Source: Hypanus sabinus
Taxonomy: Eukaryota
Reading direction: 5' to 3'
Length of the DNA stretch: 64,000 bases
Assembly (NCBI RefSeq): GCF_030144855.1
Contig: NC_082718.1
Location: forward strand, 6,448,001-6,512,000
Within the stretch, counting starts at the first letter, position 1; every line of letters starts with the position of its first letter. The translations under genes were made by a program, and so were the position numbers. Under the pieces are notes generated by a model that had not been told where the DNA came from, did not search any database, and worked only from the letters and a program-made list of their open reading frames with translations. Shown here piece by piece: positions 38,076-50,915 of the stretch.

Positions 38076-41000
38076 TTAAACTCCAGTTACCACCACTCAG
38101 CCCAGGCCTGTATCCTGTCAATGCCCTATTTTAATGTAGAGTAATCCCCAAGCACTTCCATTGCAATACAAAAACACCACTATTCTATTGTGCTTCCAAG
38201 CTTCCGCTTTTTTTTCTGGATCTTGCTGATGTAAACTTTAGTTAGTATTCTGGCACTTTATCAAAAGCGTTGTTCAGTTTCTGCACTCACATGCTGTGAC
38301 TTGACCCTGCAAAGTAAGCTCAATTTGCATCAAGACACCTGGAGAAATTAAACTCAGATCAGTAATTAAATTAATCTGTAATAAAAAATGTACAAACTTG
38401 TAGTTCCAGTGATAATGGCAGTAAAATTCGGATTAGCTTAAAGCCAAAAGGAGATCTGCCACGTTTAGTAAGTCTGACTCAAATGTGGCTCCAATCCCCT
38501 CAAAGGGGTTAACACATAACAATCTCCTCAACTCAAGGATGGACAATAAATGTTGGTGTTGATTGTGATATCCATAACCCTAGAATGTATAAAGAGTAAG
38601 TCTTTTCACACTGCCTTCTGGCTATTGACTATCTATTCTAACCAGAAAGAACAGCTTGATTCAAATAATTTTGCTCTGATGAAGTCCTTTTTAATAAAAC
38701 CAAAAATAATTTAAAAACTTCAATTTAGGGTTCAGTGTCAAAAATTACCCTCTCAATCTGTCTCCAAATCTCTTACGATCTGCTGTTTGCCAACTCTGTC
38801 CATAATGTCGTAAGTTACTGTGACCAAGAAAAATGGGTTGGGAAACCGTTTGCCTATATGCAGGGAGTATTATGAAATCTCCAGTTCTCAGAAGATTCAC
38901 ACACAAAGCCAGACATTAATTGGTAAGGTGTTTTATTCAAAAGTTAGCAAATGAAAACCATAAATCAATCTTTATCTCTTTCAATATTTTTATTAATTTT
39001 GACATAGAAGAATACAGAAAACAACATATATATTATAAGTCAAAAAAAGATAAAATAATACCAAATACATTATATTTGAATCATACTTGCAATCTCATTA
39101 CCCTATGTTCATGTAAATTAAATTAAATCGTAATATTGAAATATGATAATTTTATTATACAAAAAGAAGAATCTAAGTCCACTTCCAAGATCAAAGCTGT
39201 TTAGTAAAGAAAGAAAAAAGGAATAAAATCCTTATCATATAGTGAAATATGTTATTAACCAACATCTGTACTTTAAGAGCAAAGCAAAGGTTTTGAAAAT
39301 AGTTCAAAAATGGTCCCCACAACGGTTGAAAGTCTTGACTAGATTCAGAAATTGAATAACAGATGTTCTCTAAATTTAAGCATGACATAACGTCACGTAT
39401 CCATTGAGTGTGAGTAAGTGGAATGACATCCTTCCATTTAAGCAAGAGTGCCCTCCTAGCTATAAGAGAAATAAAAGCCAATATGTGCAAATCAGATGTC
39501 TCCAAAATGATATCTTTCCCTCCAACAATACCGAATAAGGCAGCCAAAGGATTAGGCTTAAAATTTATTTTGAAAAGTCCAGGGAAAGTTTGGAATACTT
39601 CCTTCCAGTATTTTTCAAGACTGGGACATGTCCAAAACATATGAATTAGTGAAGCTTCTCCATTGTTACATTTATCGCAATAGGGAGAATTATCCAAATA
39701 AAAACAAGATAGCTTATCCTTGGTCAAGTGGGCCCTATAGACCACTTTAAATTGTAGGAGGGAGTGGCAGGCACATAACAATGAAGTGTTAACCAATTAA
39801 AAAATTTTATTCCAAGTTTCCTCAGAAATTGAAATCTGTAAGTCTTGTTCCCAAAGATTTTTAATTTTGTCTAAAGTAGCATTTCTCATTCCCAGCAACA
39901 TGCCATAAATATTGGATATTGAACCATTATGGAAATGTTTCAAATTAGAAATTACATCTAATAAGTTCTTATTGGGACTTATAGGGAATATATATAATTG
40001 AGATCTCAGGAAGTCCCTAATTTGTAGATATCGAGAAAAGTGGGGTTTTGGTAAGCTATATTTAGCTGACAATTGCTCAAACAAAAAGAGACTTCCTCCA
40101 ACAAACAAATCCTGGAAGCATTTAATACCCAATCTATCCCATTCTTTAAAAACTAGATCGGCTATAGAAAGCTAAACCTCCATTCTTTTTAGCTTTTTGG
40201 AGATGAACTTTATTTAGTTGAGAATGTTTGTTTTTCCATATAGAAGAAGATAGAATAGAATCAAGAGAATCAAAAAAGGATTTAGGAATAACAATGGGTA
40301 AGGCCTGAAAAAGGTATAAAAATTTAGGTGAGATATTCATTTTAATAGAATTAATTCGGCCAATCAACGATAACCAGAGGGGCGACCATTTGATAGTGCC
40401 CTATTTGCATAATTTGGTAGGGTAAGAAAATTTTACAATTTTATATTTCTTAGTAATTGTTACACCAAAATAGGTAAACTGATTTCTTACAATTTTAAAA
40501 GGAAGGTTAGTATTAATTGATACCAAATTATTCAAAGAAAAATGTTCACTCTTATGTAAATTCTGTTTAAATCCTGAAAACTGGCCGAAACAAGAGAGTA
40601 AAGAAAGCACAGGAGATAATGAAGTCCTGACATTAGAAATAAAAAGCAATAGGTCATCAGCATAGAGTGAAACTTTGTGGGTAATACCTCTCCTTAAAAT
40701 ACCAGTGATATCACTAGATTCTTGAAAAGCAATGGCTAAGGGTTCTAAGGCCAGATCAAAGAGGCTCAAAGGGCAGCCTTGTCTGGTTCCACGCTGAAGT
40801 TTGAATGGTTTGGAATTCTGAAAATTAGTAAGAACCTGAACAGTGGGAGGTAAATAAATTAATTTAATTCATTGAATGAAATCGGGCCCAAAATTAAATT
40901 TTTCTAAAGTTCCATTCAACCCGATTGAAAGCCTTCTTAGCATCTAAGGATATCACACATTCTGAAATCTCCTTCGAAGGAGAATAGATAACAATTAATA

Positions 41001-42681
41001 AATGATGAATATCGATTTTTAATAAAAAATCTGATCATCAGAAATGATAGATGGTAAAATATTTTCAATCCTACGAGCCAGAACTTTAGATAGGACTTTA
41101 GTATCAACATTAAGTAAGGAGATTGGTCTGTATGAAGATCATTCAGTTGGGTTCTTATTCTTTTTAAGGATAAGCAAAATAGAAGCTTCATAAAAAGATT
41201 GTTGCAACATATCCAACTTAAATGAGTCCAAAAAAACTGCACTTAAATGAGGTATAAGCAGTAAAGAAAAAGCCTTACAAAATTCTCCAGAAAATCAATC
41301 AGGACCTGGAGCCCTCCCTGAGTGCAATGAACGTACAACTTTGGCAATTTCCTCATAAGAAATAGTTTGATCCAGCAGTTTTAAGTTATCAACAGAAAGT
41401 GTAGAAATATTTAATTGGTCTAAAGATTCTTCATTACAGTATTATCTTTAGGAGAATCAGAACTATAAAGTTTAGAATAAAATTCTCTAAAGGTATCATT
41501 TATTTCTAAATAGTCAGTTGTCCTATCACCACTAGCTTTACAAATTTCTTTAATTTGCCAGTTAGTTAAAAAGGTTTTTAATTGTCTAGCCAATAATTTA
41601 CCTGTTTTGTCTCCATGAATATAAAATTGACTTTTATCTTTTAGGAGTTGAGCTTCAATTGGATATGTTAAAGATCATATTTAGTTTTAATTTCAACACG
41701 TCTTTTATATAAAACAGGGTCTGGAGCCAAGGCATGTTTTTAATCTAATTGTTTCAACTGATTAGCTAAATCAATTCTCTTTTTATTAGCTTTTTCCTTA
41801 ACACTGCCAGTATAAGAAATAACGTCCTCTAATATAGGCCTTGATGGCATCCCATATAACAAGACCAGAAGTCTCTTCCAGCGTATTCTCTTAAAAAGAA
41901 AGAATAATTTGTCTCTCCAGAAACTTAAAAAAATCCTAAACAGATAGCAAAGTTCGATTAAAATGCCAAAATCTGTTTATTTGAGGGAGACTGGGGAGAC
42001 TTAAAGACAAAAGCACAGGAGCATGCTCTGAGACAGGATCGACCTAATGAAATCATTTGGCTATCAATTAAAAAAAATCCTGGAATACGTATGATGGACA
42101 TGAGAAAAAAACGAATATTCCCTGTCTACTGGATGTAAGAAATGCCAGATATCAACAATACCACATTTCATTAGGAAAGATTGAATAAGCAAAGCTGATT
42201 CATTGAGTGTCATTGGTTTAGAAGATGACCAATCTAAAACTGGATCTAACCAGCAACTAAAGTCTCTCATCACCAATGAGCAAAGACTCAAATCTGGCAA
42301 AAGTTAAAAAAAAAATGCTCAAAGAATCCTGGATCATCTATATTTGGGGCATACAGAATAGCAGATGCCATTAATTTATTATCTATTTTTCCTGACACTA
42401 TAACAAAATGCCCATTAGTATCAGACAATACTTTATGTTGAACCAAGGGATCTGTATTATCTATAAAGATTGAAACTCCCCTAGACTTAGCCTGAAAAGA
42501 GGAATGAAAATGTAGCTTTCTCCATCAGCTAAAAAGGCGTAAATTGTCACATTTACAAACGTGAGTTCCTTGTAAAAAAATAACCAGGACCATAAGTTTT
42601 TAAATATAAGCAAAAATCATTCCGTTTCACAGGGTGATTTAACCTTTTCATGTTAAGACTAAGTAAGTTAATAGTTTGATC

Positions 42682-43514
42682 AAACACGAGGAAATCTGCA
42701 GATGCTGGAAATTCAAACAACACACACAAAGTGCTGGTAGAACACAGCAGGCCAGGCAGCATCTATAAGGAGAAGCACTGTCGATGTTTCAGGCTCCTGG
42801 TGTGGCCTTTTATATATTGGTGAGACCCGACGCAGACTGGGAGACCATTTCGCTGATCACCTACGCTCAGTCCGCCAGAGAAAGCAGGATCTCCCAGTGG
42901 CCACACATTTTAATTCCATGTCCCATTCCCACTCAGGTATGTCTATCCATGGCCTCCTCTACTGTCAAAATGAATCCAAACTCAGGCTGGAGGAACAACA
43001 CCTTATATATCGGCCGGGTAGCCTCCAACCTGATGGCATGAACATTGACTTCTCTAACTTCTGTTAATGCCCCTCCTCCCCTTCTTACCCCATCCCTGAC
43101 ATATTTAGTTCTCAGGTAGTAGTCACTACCTCCTCCCATAGATGCTGTCTGGCCTGCTGAGTTCTGCCAGCATTTTGTGTTTTTATTTAGTTGTTTGCCT
43201 GTTTTCCATCTCCCTCTGATGCTTCCCCCCCCCTCCTTTCTTTCTCCCGAGGCCTCCCGTCCCATGATCCTTTCCCTTCTCCAGCTCTGTATCACTTTCG
43301 CCAATCAACTTTCCAGCTCTTAGCTTCATCCCACCCCCTCTGGTCTTCTCCTGTCATTTCACATTTCCCCCTCCCCCCACTACTTTCAAATTTTACTATC
43401 TTTCCTTTCAGTTAGTCCTGATGAAGGGTCTCGGCCTGAAATGTCGACAGTGCTTCTCCTTATAGATGCTGCCTGGCTTGCTGTGTTCCACCAGCATTTT
43501 GTGTGTGTTGTTTG
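42682..43514 (+). mobile_element. Penelope-like element (GIY-YIG 3' remnant between inverted termini) inserted at the start of L1 ORF2
   Basis: 13-bp TSD taatagtttgatc at 42669-42681 and 43515-43527. YIGETRRRLGD.F..HL GIY-YIG remnant. About 80-bp inverted repeat between the two ends. Confidence 0.92.
43414..43449 (+). ncRNA. Minimal type I hammerhead ribozyme motif (best-preserved copy in the window)
   Basis: GTC-CTGATGA-AGGGTCTCGGCCT-GAA-ATGT-C-GAC. Core boxes CUGAUGA and GAAA, GUC cleavage triplet, stem I GTC/GAC and stem II AGG/CCT. Activity is not demonstrated. Confidence 0.75.
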
Positions 43515-44463
43515 TAATAGTTTGATCTATTTTTAATACTATTTAAAAGAAAGGTTAAAGTAATAACTACTGGAATGTATGTTAAAACCAAACAATGAAT
43601 CTTGAGATAGGGTAACCAAACAATAGACTTGGCTGAGAGTCCAAAACAGCTTCCAGAAAAAACCCCATCCCCCCACCTCCTCCCAAAGTCAGAAGGTTGA
43701 CCAATAGACAGCTGACAGCTACAACTAATAACAACATCCCCCCAAAAAAACCTACTGGTTTAGCTCCAAATTGATTTCAAGGTTAGCTGCTTTCCAACCT
43801 AGACAAAACAACAGATGGAGACAAAATTTAACCCTCGTAACTAGAACACATATAGATGAATTATTATAGTTTCAAAAAGATAAAATGAAAAATACCCATA
43901 CTAAGTCTTATTGATAGGAAAAAACCTCAAGAAGATTAAGTATAATATAAAATAATAAAAAATCTTTCAAAATTCAAAACATATGAACACACAAGGTATT
44001 AACTCGTTAAAATATTATTCTCTAAGTAAAGTATTAAAAGATTCAAAAAGAGAGTTAGCTACAAAGGTTTACCAAAAGTAAAAGAGGCAATTTTTCATGT
44101 AGAAAGGTATTGAACAGTTAATCTCCTGATTCTAAAAATTCCTGAGCTTCTTCAATTGAACAGAACCATTTCTTAGAGCCATCCCTCAGTACAGTGTATA
44201 ATTCTGAGCTGAGCAGGATAGTGAAGAGAAGGCTTGAAATCTTTGTTAAAAAGTTCTGACATAACCTTTTTGAACTTAGCATGCTCATTCCTGACCTCGG
44301 GTGAAAATCCTCTATGACCCTCATCTTCTGGACATTATAATCAATCATTCCTCTTTGATGGGATTCATGAATTAAAAGTTCCTTTGTTTGAAATTCGTTA
44401 AAACAGATTATTACTGATCTGAGTCTTGCTCCTGGAGCTGGTCTGGGCACAGGCGATCTATAA

Positions 44464-45751
44464 ATCTTTTGATTTACTAGGATGTTACCTGGGTTTCAGT
44501 ACTTAAGTTACAGAGAAAGGTTGAACAAGTTAGGTCTCTATTCATTGGAGCGTAGAAGGTTGAGGGGGTATTTAATCGAGGTATTTAAAATTTTGAGAGG
44601 GATAGATAGAGTTGACGTGAATAGGCTGTTTCCATTGAGAGTAGTGTTACGTATTCAGGCAACAATAAATATATGAGTTCGGCAAGGGTTTCTTATAACA
44701 AACAACACGTTTATTAAACACAGAAAACAAACCCCCCAAAAGTAAACAAACACTACCGTAACCGGAAACAGCTGCTCACCGGCTGTTCAAACAGTTCGTA
44801 AAGTGATATTCCAAAACAGTTCTTAAAGTGATATTGCCAAAAGTTCGATATGCTCACAGTCCATTTAAAAGGAGAGACTTTACAGGACGATTTAGGTTCT
44901 CTTTCACGTCGCTTGCTTCGATCCCCGACGTCGAAATTCCCACGAAGAATTTACGAAACAGAACGGCTTAAAGGCACTGACCTTTCCTTCTCCACTACCT
45001 TCAATCCTTTCTGGTTACCCAGGGATTAACACGAAGATAGTCAACGAAATCCTTCCAAATAAGGATCAAACAAAGGTCGCCCCCCGTTTCACCGTAGAAA
45101 GCGATTCTCCTCGATCTTTAACTTCCGAACTTCGAATCTTCACTATCCTCTAATTCTCAAACTAACAGAATCATAAAGAACCTGCTGGCATTAACCTGTT
45201 AAACTTTAGGCATTAAATAAAAACTTCATCCTTCAACTAAACTGCGTCATCACTTCAAACACGCAGTGGCATGAAGTCAACTTGGCAAATCCAGCCACGA
45301 ACTGCCCCTCCTCACAGGGTGGGGTCTACCTTTTATAACCTGTAAAAAACCCATCACAAGACCATCACCTCAAGTCCAGTACAGCTTCAACCCCAGTCAC
45401 ATGACAAGGGCACCATTGTCATGTGTCACGAGTATGTAACAGTAGGGGAGATTCAAACGAGAGGACATGATTTGAGAGTTAGGGGGCAGAAGTTTAAGGG
45501 AAACACAAGGGGGTATTTCTTTACTCAGAGAGTGATAGCTGTGTGGAATGAGCTTCCTGTAGAAGTAGTAGAGGCCAGTTCAGTTGTGTCATTTAAGGTA
45601 AAATTGGATAGGTATATGGACAGGAAAGGAGTGGAGGGTTATGGGCTGAGTGCGGGTAGGTGGGACTAGGTGAGATTAAGAGTTCGGCATGGACTAGGAG
45701 GGCCGAGATGGCCTGTTTCCATGCTGTGATTGTTATATGGTTATATGGTTA
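44464..45751 (+). mobile_element. Young CR1 3' fragment inserted in L1 ORF1
   Basis: MLPGFQYLSYRERLNKLGLYSLERRRLRG...QTRGHDLRVRG...FFTQRV. Tail (ttatatgg)n. TSD-like tataa at 44459-44463 and 45752-45756. Confidence 0.92.
44645..45441 (-). mobile_element. Solo LTR (797 bp, Gypsy-like) inserted in the CR1
   Basis: Terminal inverted repeat TGTTACGTATTC...GAGTATGTAACA and 4-bp TSD GTAG. Minus-strand TATAAAA (45331-45337) and AATAAA (44710-44715). Confidence 0.92.
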
Positions 45752-48186
45752 TATAAGCTCAATCAATCATAGGTAAAGACAGTAAAATTTTAGGAAATAA
45801 TTGTGCCAAAAAGCTTGTAAAGAGTTCCGTAGGCTGATCACCTTCCGTTAACTCTTCAAGGCCCAGAGTTCATAGGTTATTTCTTCTGCTTCTATTTTCT
45901 AAATCAATAATCTTCTGTCTTAATTTTTCATTAGACTTTGATTGTTTTTCACAAAGCTTTTGCAGGTCATCAATTTTCACATCCAAAATCGTCGGAGTTG
46001 CTTCATTCTCTTCTATTCGTTTATCACGTTCAGTTAAGGTTTTTTGAATAGAATCCAATTTTGCATCTATTTGTTTAACTTCAGTGGAAGATTCTTTTCT
46101 GTGTTTTTGAAGCAACTCCATAATAGACTCTAAAGGCGCAGGAGGATCTTCTTCTTTTCTAGTACCTTTGGCAGCCCTTGTACTCATAGTAACACAATAT
46201 CACATTTAAAAGTAAGGTTTCAAAACCGGTTGGAAACAGTGAAGTAAGTAAAATAGGAGTGACTACAAAAAGCTACTACAGCAGGAAGTCCCACAAATCA
46301 ATCTTTAATTTCACTCTATGATTAAAGCTCTTCCATTGGTTGAAAGCCCACTCCTATCTGTTAGACCACATATAATAAATTCTGCTTTTCTAGTGTCCCT
46401 ATATGTCCAACTAAAAAGTAAAGCTATTTCTGATAGCTAAGAAAATAATAAAAAACACTAAATATTAGCCTTTCAGTAATTGCTGACACTAACTTGAATC
46501 AAAATATTACTCAGATGGCTGGTGTTTTTTAGAAGATAGACTGAAGCATGACTTTATCTTCCATTATACTTGTTCCCTTGCTGATCATGGGGCAGAAGAT
46601 TATCTTTGAGCTCCTCTGTCTGCAGTTGACCTGTACATTTTTTCAACACCTCAAAGAGGTGGGATACCCCTTCTACTTTTGATTATGAAAAAATCCCTTT
46701 CAAGCTAACTATCTGGAGTGATTTTCTCGTGCTGCTATTTGCTTAGGTACCATTCTGCTCAGCTGGTCGTGAATGTGGAATTGCTTACTTCCTCAAGCAT
46801 TCTTCAATTATTATTGCACCTTTCCCCTTCCTCCATTACTCCCACCTCCAATTGTAACCCTAACTCTGTTCAAAGTGAACTTTAATCCTTTATGAACACA
46901 CTTTCACATAATTTGGTAACCAAAATTGGAGGCAGTAATTGGTAATGAAAGGGCCATCGTGCAATTAGTGAAACCTTTTCAGCAGCAAAATGGTGGAGGA
47001 ATCAATTAGTTGAGCATCATTTGTAGGCGGTAAGGAACTGCCAACATTTGGGTCAAAACTCTAATGTATGAGCCTGTTCCTGTGCTATACTGCTCTCTAT
47101 ATGTTCTGCTCTTCCAGCCTTGATTTCATTTATGGACTTTCAGGTGTATCAAAAGGAGTAGATTTACTCAACTTTTATGTCTGACCACTGTTTCCCAATC
47201 TTAGGTAGCCACTTGGGATTGAGGATGATTGGTTTCCACTCTGGTTCTATGGGTTCTGAGATGGCTCATGAGGTCAGTGTGAAGCCATTAGAGGCTGTTA
47301 GAGCAAGTGGGTGAGTATGGGTGACTGCGAGGTTTTCTGTGTTGCTGCCATTTATACTGCAACTGAAAGCGTTTATTGGTACTTGGCCTCAAGGTTTTCG
47401 GTATCTTCCTGAATGCTTCTTCACTTGCAGTAAACAGGAGATCATGGGGTTATTTCATATTTTGAGGCAGCTTTGAGTACGTCTTAGAATCTCATCCTTC
47501 GTTCATCTGGTGATCTCCATAACAGAGCTTTGATTAAAGTGGGTTTTCAGGAATTGGGCATATGAGCAATACAGTCTGCCCAACATTGACGAGTGACCAG
47601 GGAGTCAACACTGATGTTAGTTGTCTTGTCATTCCTGTGTACTTTCAGGATTTGTGTTGTGTTTTTCAGTGCCTTGAGATGTAGTCCAGGTTGCAGAAGC
47701 TTACGGGAGGTCAGGAATCATTGCTGTCAGGTAGAGCAAGAGCTTGATATCAGATCTGAGGTCCTGATCATCAACCATCCTTTCCCTATCTCACACAACC
47801 ATCTCTCAGTGAAGGCAGGCGTTAATGATGGAATTCACCGCCACCTTCAATAGATCATTTAAAAAAAATTTTTGTTTCCCAGGACCGTTTCCATTACTGA
47901 CCACCAACTTCTCTCTCCAGCTTACTCAAAGTCATCTGTTCAACACCAAGAGGTGTCAGTCGGTTCTACAAACCAGCACCAGGTTATTCACACAACACCC
48001 TGGCATTTCCACCAAGATATAATGCTGCAACCTCATAAATGTAGATTGCTGTTTGTAAGGTGATCTGCACATTCTGGGTTAGTTTGTAATAGATGGAATG
48101 GCTGATGCGTTAACCTGCACACTAAAATTCAAATATGAGCAAGAAAGACTTTGAGAAATGTTTATTAAGTAGTAGGTAACAAATGC

Positions 48187-48345
48187 TGGCTGGTGGCGTA
48201 GTGGCATCTGCACTGGACTTTGAGGTGAATGGCCCCAGTTTCAAATCTGACTGGCTCCTTGCATGCTTTCCATCCATGCTGGGTTGAGCTCAGTCTCATT
48301 AAAATCAGACAATGGCAAGGGTACTGCTCGATTGCCACAAGGCGC
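48187..48345 (+). mobile_element. tRNA-derived SINE head
   Basis: A box tggcgtagtgg and degenerate B box gtttcaaatc at tRNA-like spacing, with no complete cloverleaf. Confidence 0.65.
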
Positions 48346-48459
48346 AGGGAGGGACAACACACACACTTCAGTTAGTAACTTCCCTACATTTTCTCTTTGA
48401 CTCTCAAAACTTCTCTATAATATTGAAACATTTCTATCTTTAATAATTATTTTTTCCCT

Positions 48460-49165
48460 TTTCAGGGTTCTTTTGAAGACCCAGACGGAGTTACACACTG
48501 ACTTCGGTTCTTTGTGGAAATGGGACCTGCTGTCAGGGCCCCATGACTGGTCAGTTTTCGATAGGCCAAGGACGCAGCCTGGAAGACAAGCGTGCCTTCA
48601 GGGTGCTGGATTCTCATGGCTTTGGAGACGGGCAAATTCGAGATCAGTGGCACCGCAGAAAACTGGTGTGTCGTGGGAGTACATGGAAGATCGAAAGCAA
48701 TGAGCTGGCAGTTGGCCGTGTGCCCAGAGACCCTAGATCTTTGGGCAGATTTTGGAAAAAACGATGCAACAGACTTTTAACTTCTGTAAACCAATGAGTT
48801 GTTTTGTTATGTCTCCCCTCTCGCTGTGAAATGGAGCCATCTCTTTTTCCCTTATTAGGGGGAGAGAGAGAGCCTGTGGTATGTCGAATACCGGGTGAAC
48901 GAGTAATCTTTGGGGTACTGCAAGTCTGTGTCTTTACTGATGCTTTGCTGCACATTTGAGTGTTCGGTGGGGGGGGGGCGCCGATGCTTTTCACGCTGGT
49001 GGTGGGGGGGGGATTGTTGCTTTGCTGTTGCTTATGTGTAGTGGGGAGCTGGGGGTCTTTGGGGTTCTTACATTTAACTGTCATTCATTCTTTGGGGCAC
49101 TCCTCTGCTTTTGTGGATGTTTGTGAAGAAAAAGAATTTCAGGATGTATATTGTATACATTAAAC
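48460..49165 (+). repeat. Abundant non-coding interspersed repeat; its 3' tail (..aagaatttcagg(a/t)tgtata.tgtatacat..) recurs near 3720, 17880, 31830, 55225 and inverted near 4940, 52110, 58330
   Basis: Shared tail motif at multiple loci in this window. Confidence 0.65.
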
Positions 49166-49509
49166 TAAACCTATTGATCACCTCCCATTAACGCCTGAGG
49201 AACATCTCAGTGGGGACTTCTTACACATCAAGCTGTTAGGATCTGGATGGAGTGCACAACTTGAATAGATGACTAAAGGCACTTCCAATAGGAAAATGGA
49301 TAAATACTGATGGAGAAAAATGATTTGTAGGCAATTGGGAAAGTGTGAGTTATGAGAGCAATTTGAGAGCTCACTCACAGACCTGACACTTGTACTGGGA
49401 CTATGGGTTTGATTATAGATAATTCCATATTTCTAAATCACTTTAGCAACAAAACGGTTACCACTGGATGTCATAATTGAATTATTGCATGGCATAGATA
49501 GATTGAGTG

Positions 49510-49515
49510 TTTATT
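49510..49515 (-). terminator. Candidate poly(A) signal of the fucosyltransferase gene
   Basis: AATAAA on the minus strand about 180 nt downstream of the stop codon. Confidence 0.5.
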
Positions 49516-49695
49516 AAATTTAAGAAATTAAGGCGGCTAAAATGTAAATGCTTGTCATAACTGATCAAATTGGCTTGTGGACTCAGGAAGAGCATAATGG
49601 GAGACCTGAGGAAGAGAGGCATAAACTTCATTTCTTGCTTTTCTTTTAAACTTGTCTTCAGATGAAACTCCACCTGAAATGCTGTTGTCTAAATA

Positions 49696-50817
49696 TTAAG
49701 GCGTCTTGACCAGAAGAGGTGAAAGATCAGCAGGAATACCTATCCACTCCGGCCGGTAGGCTGCCTCATACTTAAATACCTTTAGGAAGGGTGAATTGGG
49801 CAAAGTGAAGTTTGTGAGGTAGACAGTATCCCCACCAGCAAGGTAAGCACCCCAGAATCCAAATGTGCCAATGGTCATTATGGTGTGATTACAGTGGGCA
49901 AGAATGGCAAAGTCCCAGTATGGACTTGATTCATTTCCATCTCCTGAGAAATAGACATCCCCTTTGGAGACATCTATATTCGCCCGACACCAATCAATTC
50001 CATTGCTTACCACTACGAAGAAAGCATTCTTGTATTTATTCCTGAAGTAGGACATGGCTTGTTCCAAATATATTTTATCTCCAATCACACCTTTCCACAC
50101 CTTGGGCATAACATTTACATAATCTCCTCTTCGAACGTGAACACCAATGTACGTAACATTTTGACGTGATGCTGTTATATTCCGTAAATACAAGTTGACT
50201 TCTTCTGTGATGAACTCATGAAAAGAAAATTCACGAAGGATTTCATGCTGGATATGGTGGTAGAATGTCCAAGAAGATGGATATCCAACGAAATTAATAT
50301 AATCTCCTGAAATATCCTTATACTTATCTTTCATCCAGTCAGACAGGTAGTAGGTTTTCCAAGTAATCTTCTGCTTGACCTCTTCCTGGAGAGTGGGAAG
50401 TGTAATCTTGAAGTTCTGAGACAGGGATTTGGCCATTGCTGGGGAAATGTAGGCTTGCCTTTTGTTTAATCTAGCCAAAGCAAATAATGTTGCATATTGT
50501 CCCATCTGATTACCAAGCCTCCCAATTGGGAGTATTGTCCACATGCCTTTGGAAAATCTGATGGCTTTGAAAGATTCATAGTCTTCATTCTGATCACACT
50601 TTGGAGTTTTATTGGTGCTCTCCACAATGGTCATGTTTTTCAATGGCTTGAAATTATTCTTCCCAAATGATATTGACATATTGCTTCCTTTGTAATAGGC
50701 CATGTGACCAAATACGAATACATTGAGAATTGAGAGCATTGAAAGCAGAAGCAAATTTAGAAAGCACCATGGCTTGTCAATGTATAGATTTATGCAAGTA
50801 CTTGCTAAGTTGGCCAT
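49696..50817 (-). CDS. FUT2: Galactoside alpha-(1,2)-fucosyltransferase (GT11), FUT1/FUT2-like, single coding exon, 373 aa (exact orthology unresolved)
   Basis: Intact ORF with an N-terminal type II TM segment ([20 protein letters not shown]). GT11 motifs [20 protein letters not shown] and [28 protein letters not shown], and C-terminus [12 protein letters not shown]. Strong Kozak context aggATGG. Confidence 0.97.
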   Translation of the reverse strand: MANLASTCINLYIDKPWCFLNLLLLSMLSILNVFVFGHMAYYKGSNMSISFGKNNFKPLKNMTIVESTNKTPKCDQNEDYESFKAIRFSKGMWTILPIGRLGNQMGQYATLFALARLNKRQAYISPAMAKSLSQNFKITLPTLQEEVKQKITWKTYYLSDWMKDKYKDISGDYINFVGYPSSWTFYHHIQHEILREFSFHEFITEEVNLYLRNITASRQNVTYIGVHVRRGDYVNVMPKVWKGVIGDKIYLEQAMSYFRNKYKNAFFVVVSNGIDWCRANIDVSKGDVYFSGDGNESSPYWDFAILAHCNHTIMTIGTFGFWGAYLAGGDTVYLTNFTLPNSPFLKVFKYEAAYRPEWIGIPADLSPLLVKTP

Positions 50818-50884
50818 CCTTTCAAATACTCTGCTGTTGACTTTCTGCTATTCTCTCAGATCAAATGACACTTCCATCAAAGTC

Positions 50885-50915
50885 CTAAAAAGGAACAAGA
50901 AAAAAATCAAAATCC
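50885..50915 (-). promoter_or_regulatory. Splice acceptor upstream of the fucosyltransferase coding exon (exon starts at 50884), implying an upstream non-coding exon
   Basis: Minus strand reads gatttttttcttgttcctttttag|gact, 67 nt before the ATG. FUT1/FUT2 genes have untranslated 5' exons. Confidence 0.7.

Larger units (their letters stand above)
38975..46290 (-). mobile_element. Full-length decayed L1/Tx1-clade LINE (ORF1 + ORF2) with a 17-bp TSD and nested insertions
   Basis: ORF1 MSTRAAK...DLENRSRRNNL. ORF2 begins DQTINLLSLN.K.LNHPVKR, with RT (QGCPLS, VSLYADDLLL) and CCHC (CDKC...HMFWTC) motifs. TSD cca(t/c)aaatcaatcttta at 38958-38974 and 46291-46307. Confidence 0.95.

Noticed and set aside
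48187-48262. tRNA gene
   Set aside because: It has A/B boxes but no complete cloverleaf and continues into SINE-like body sequence.
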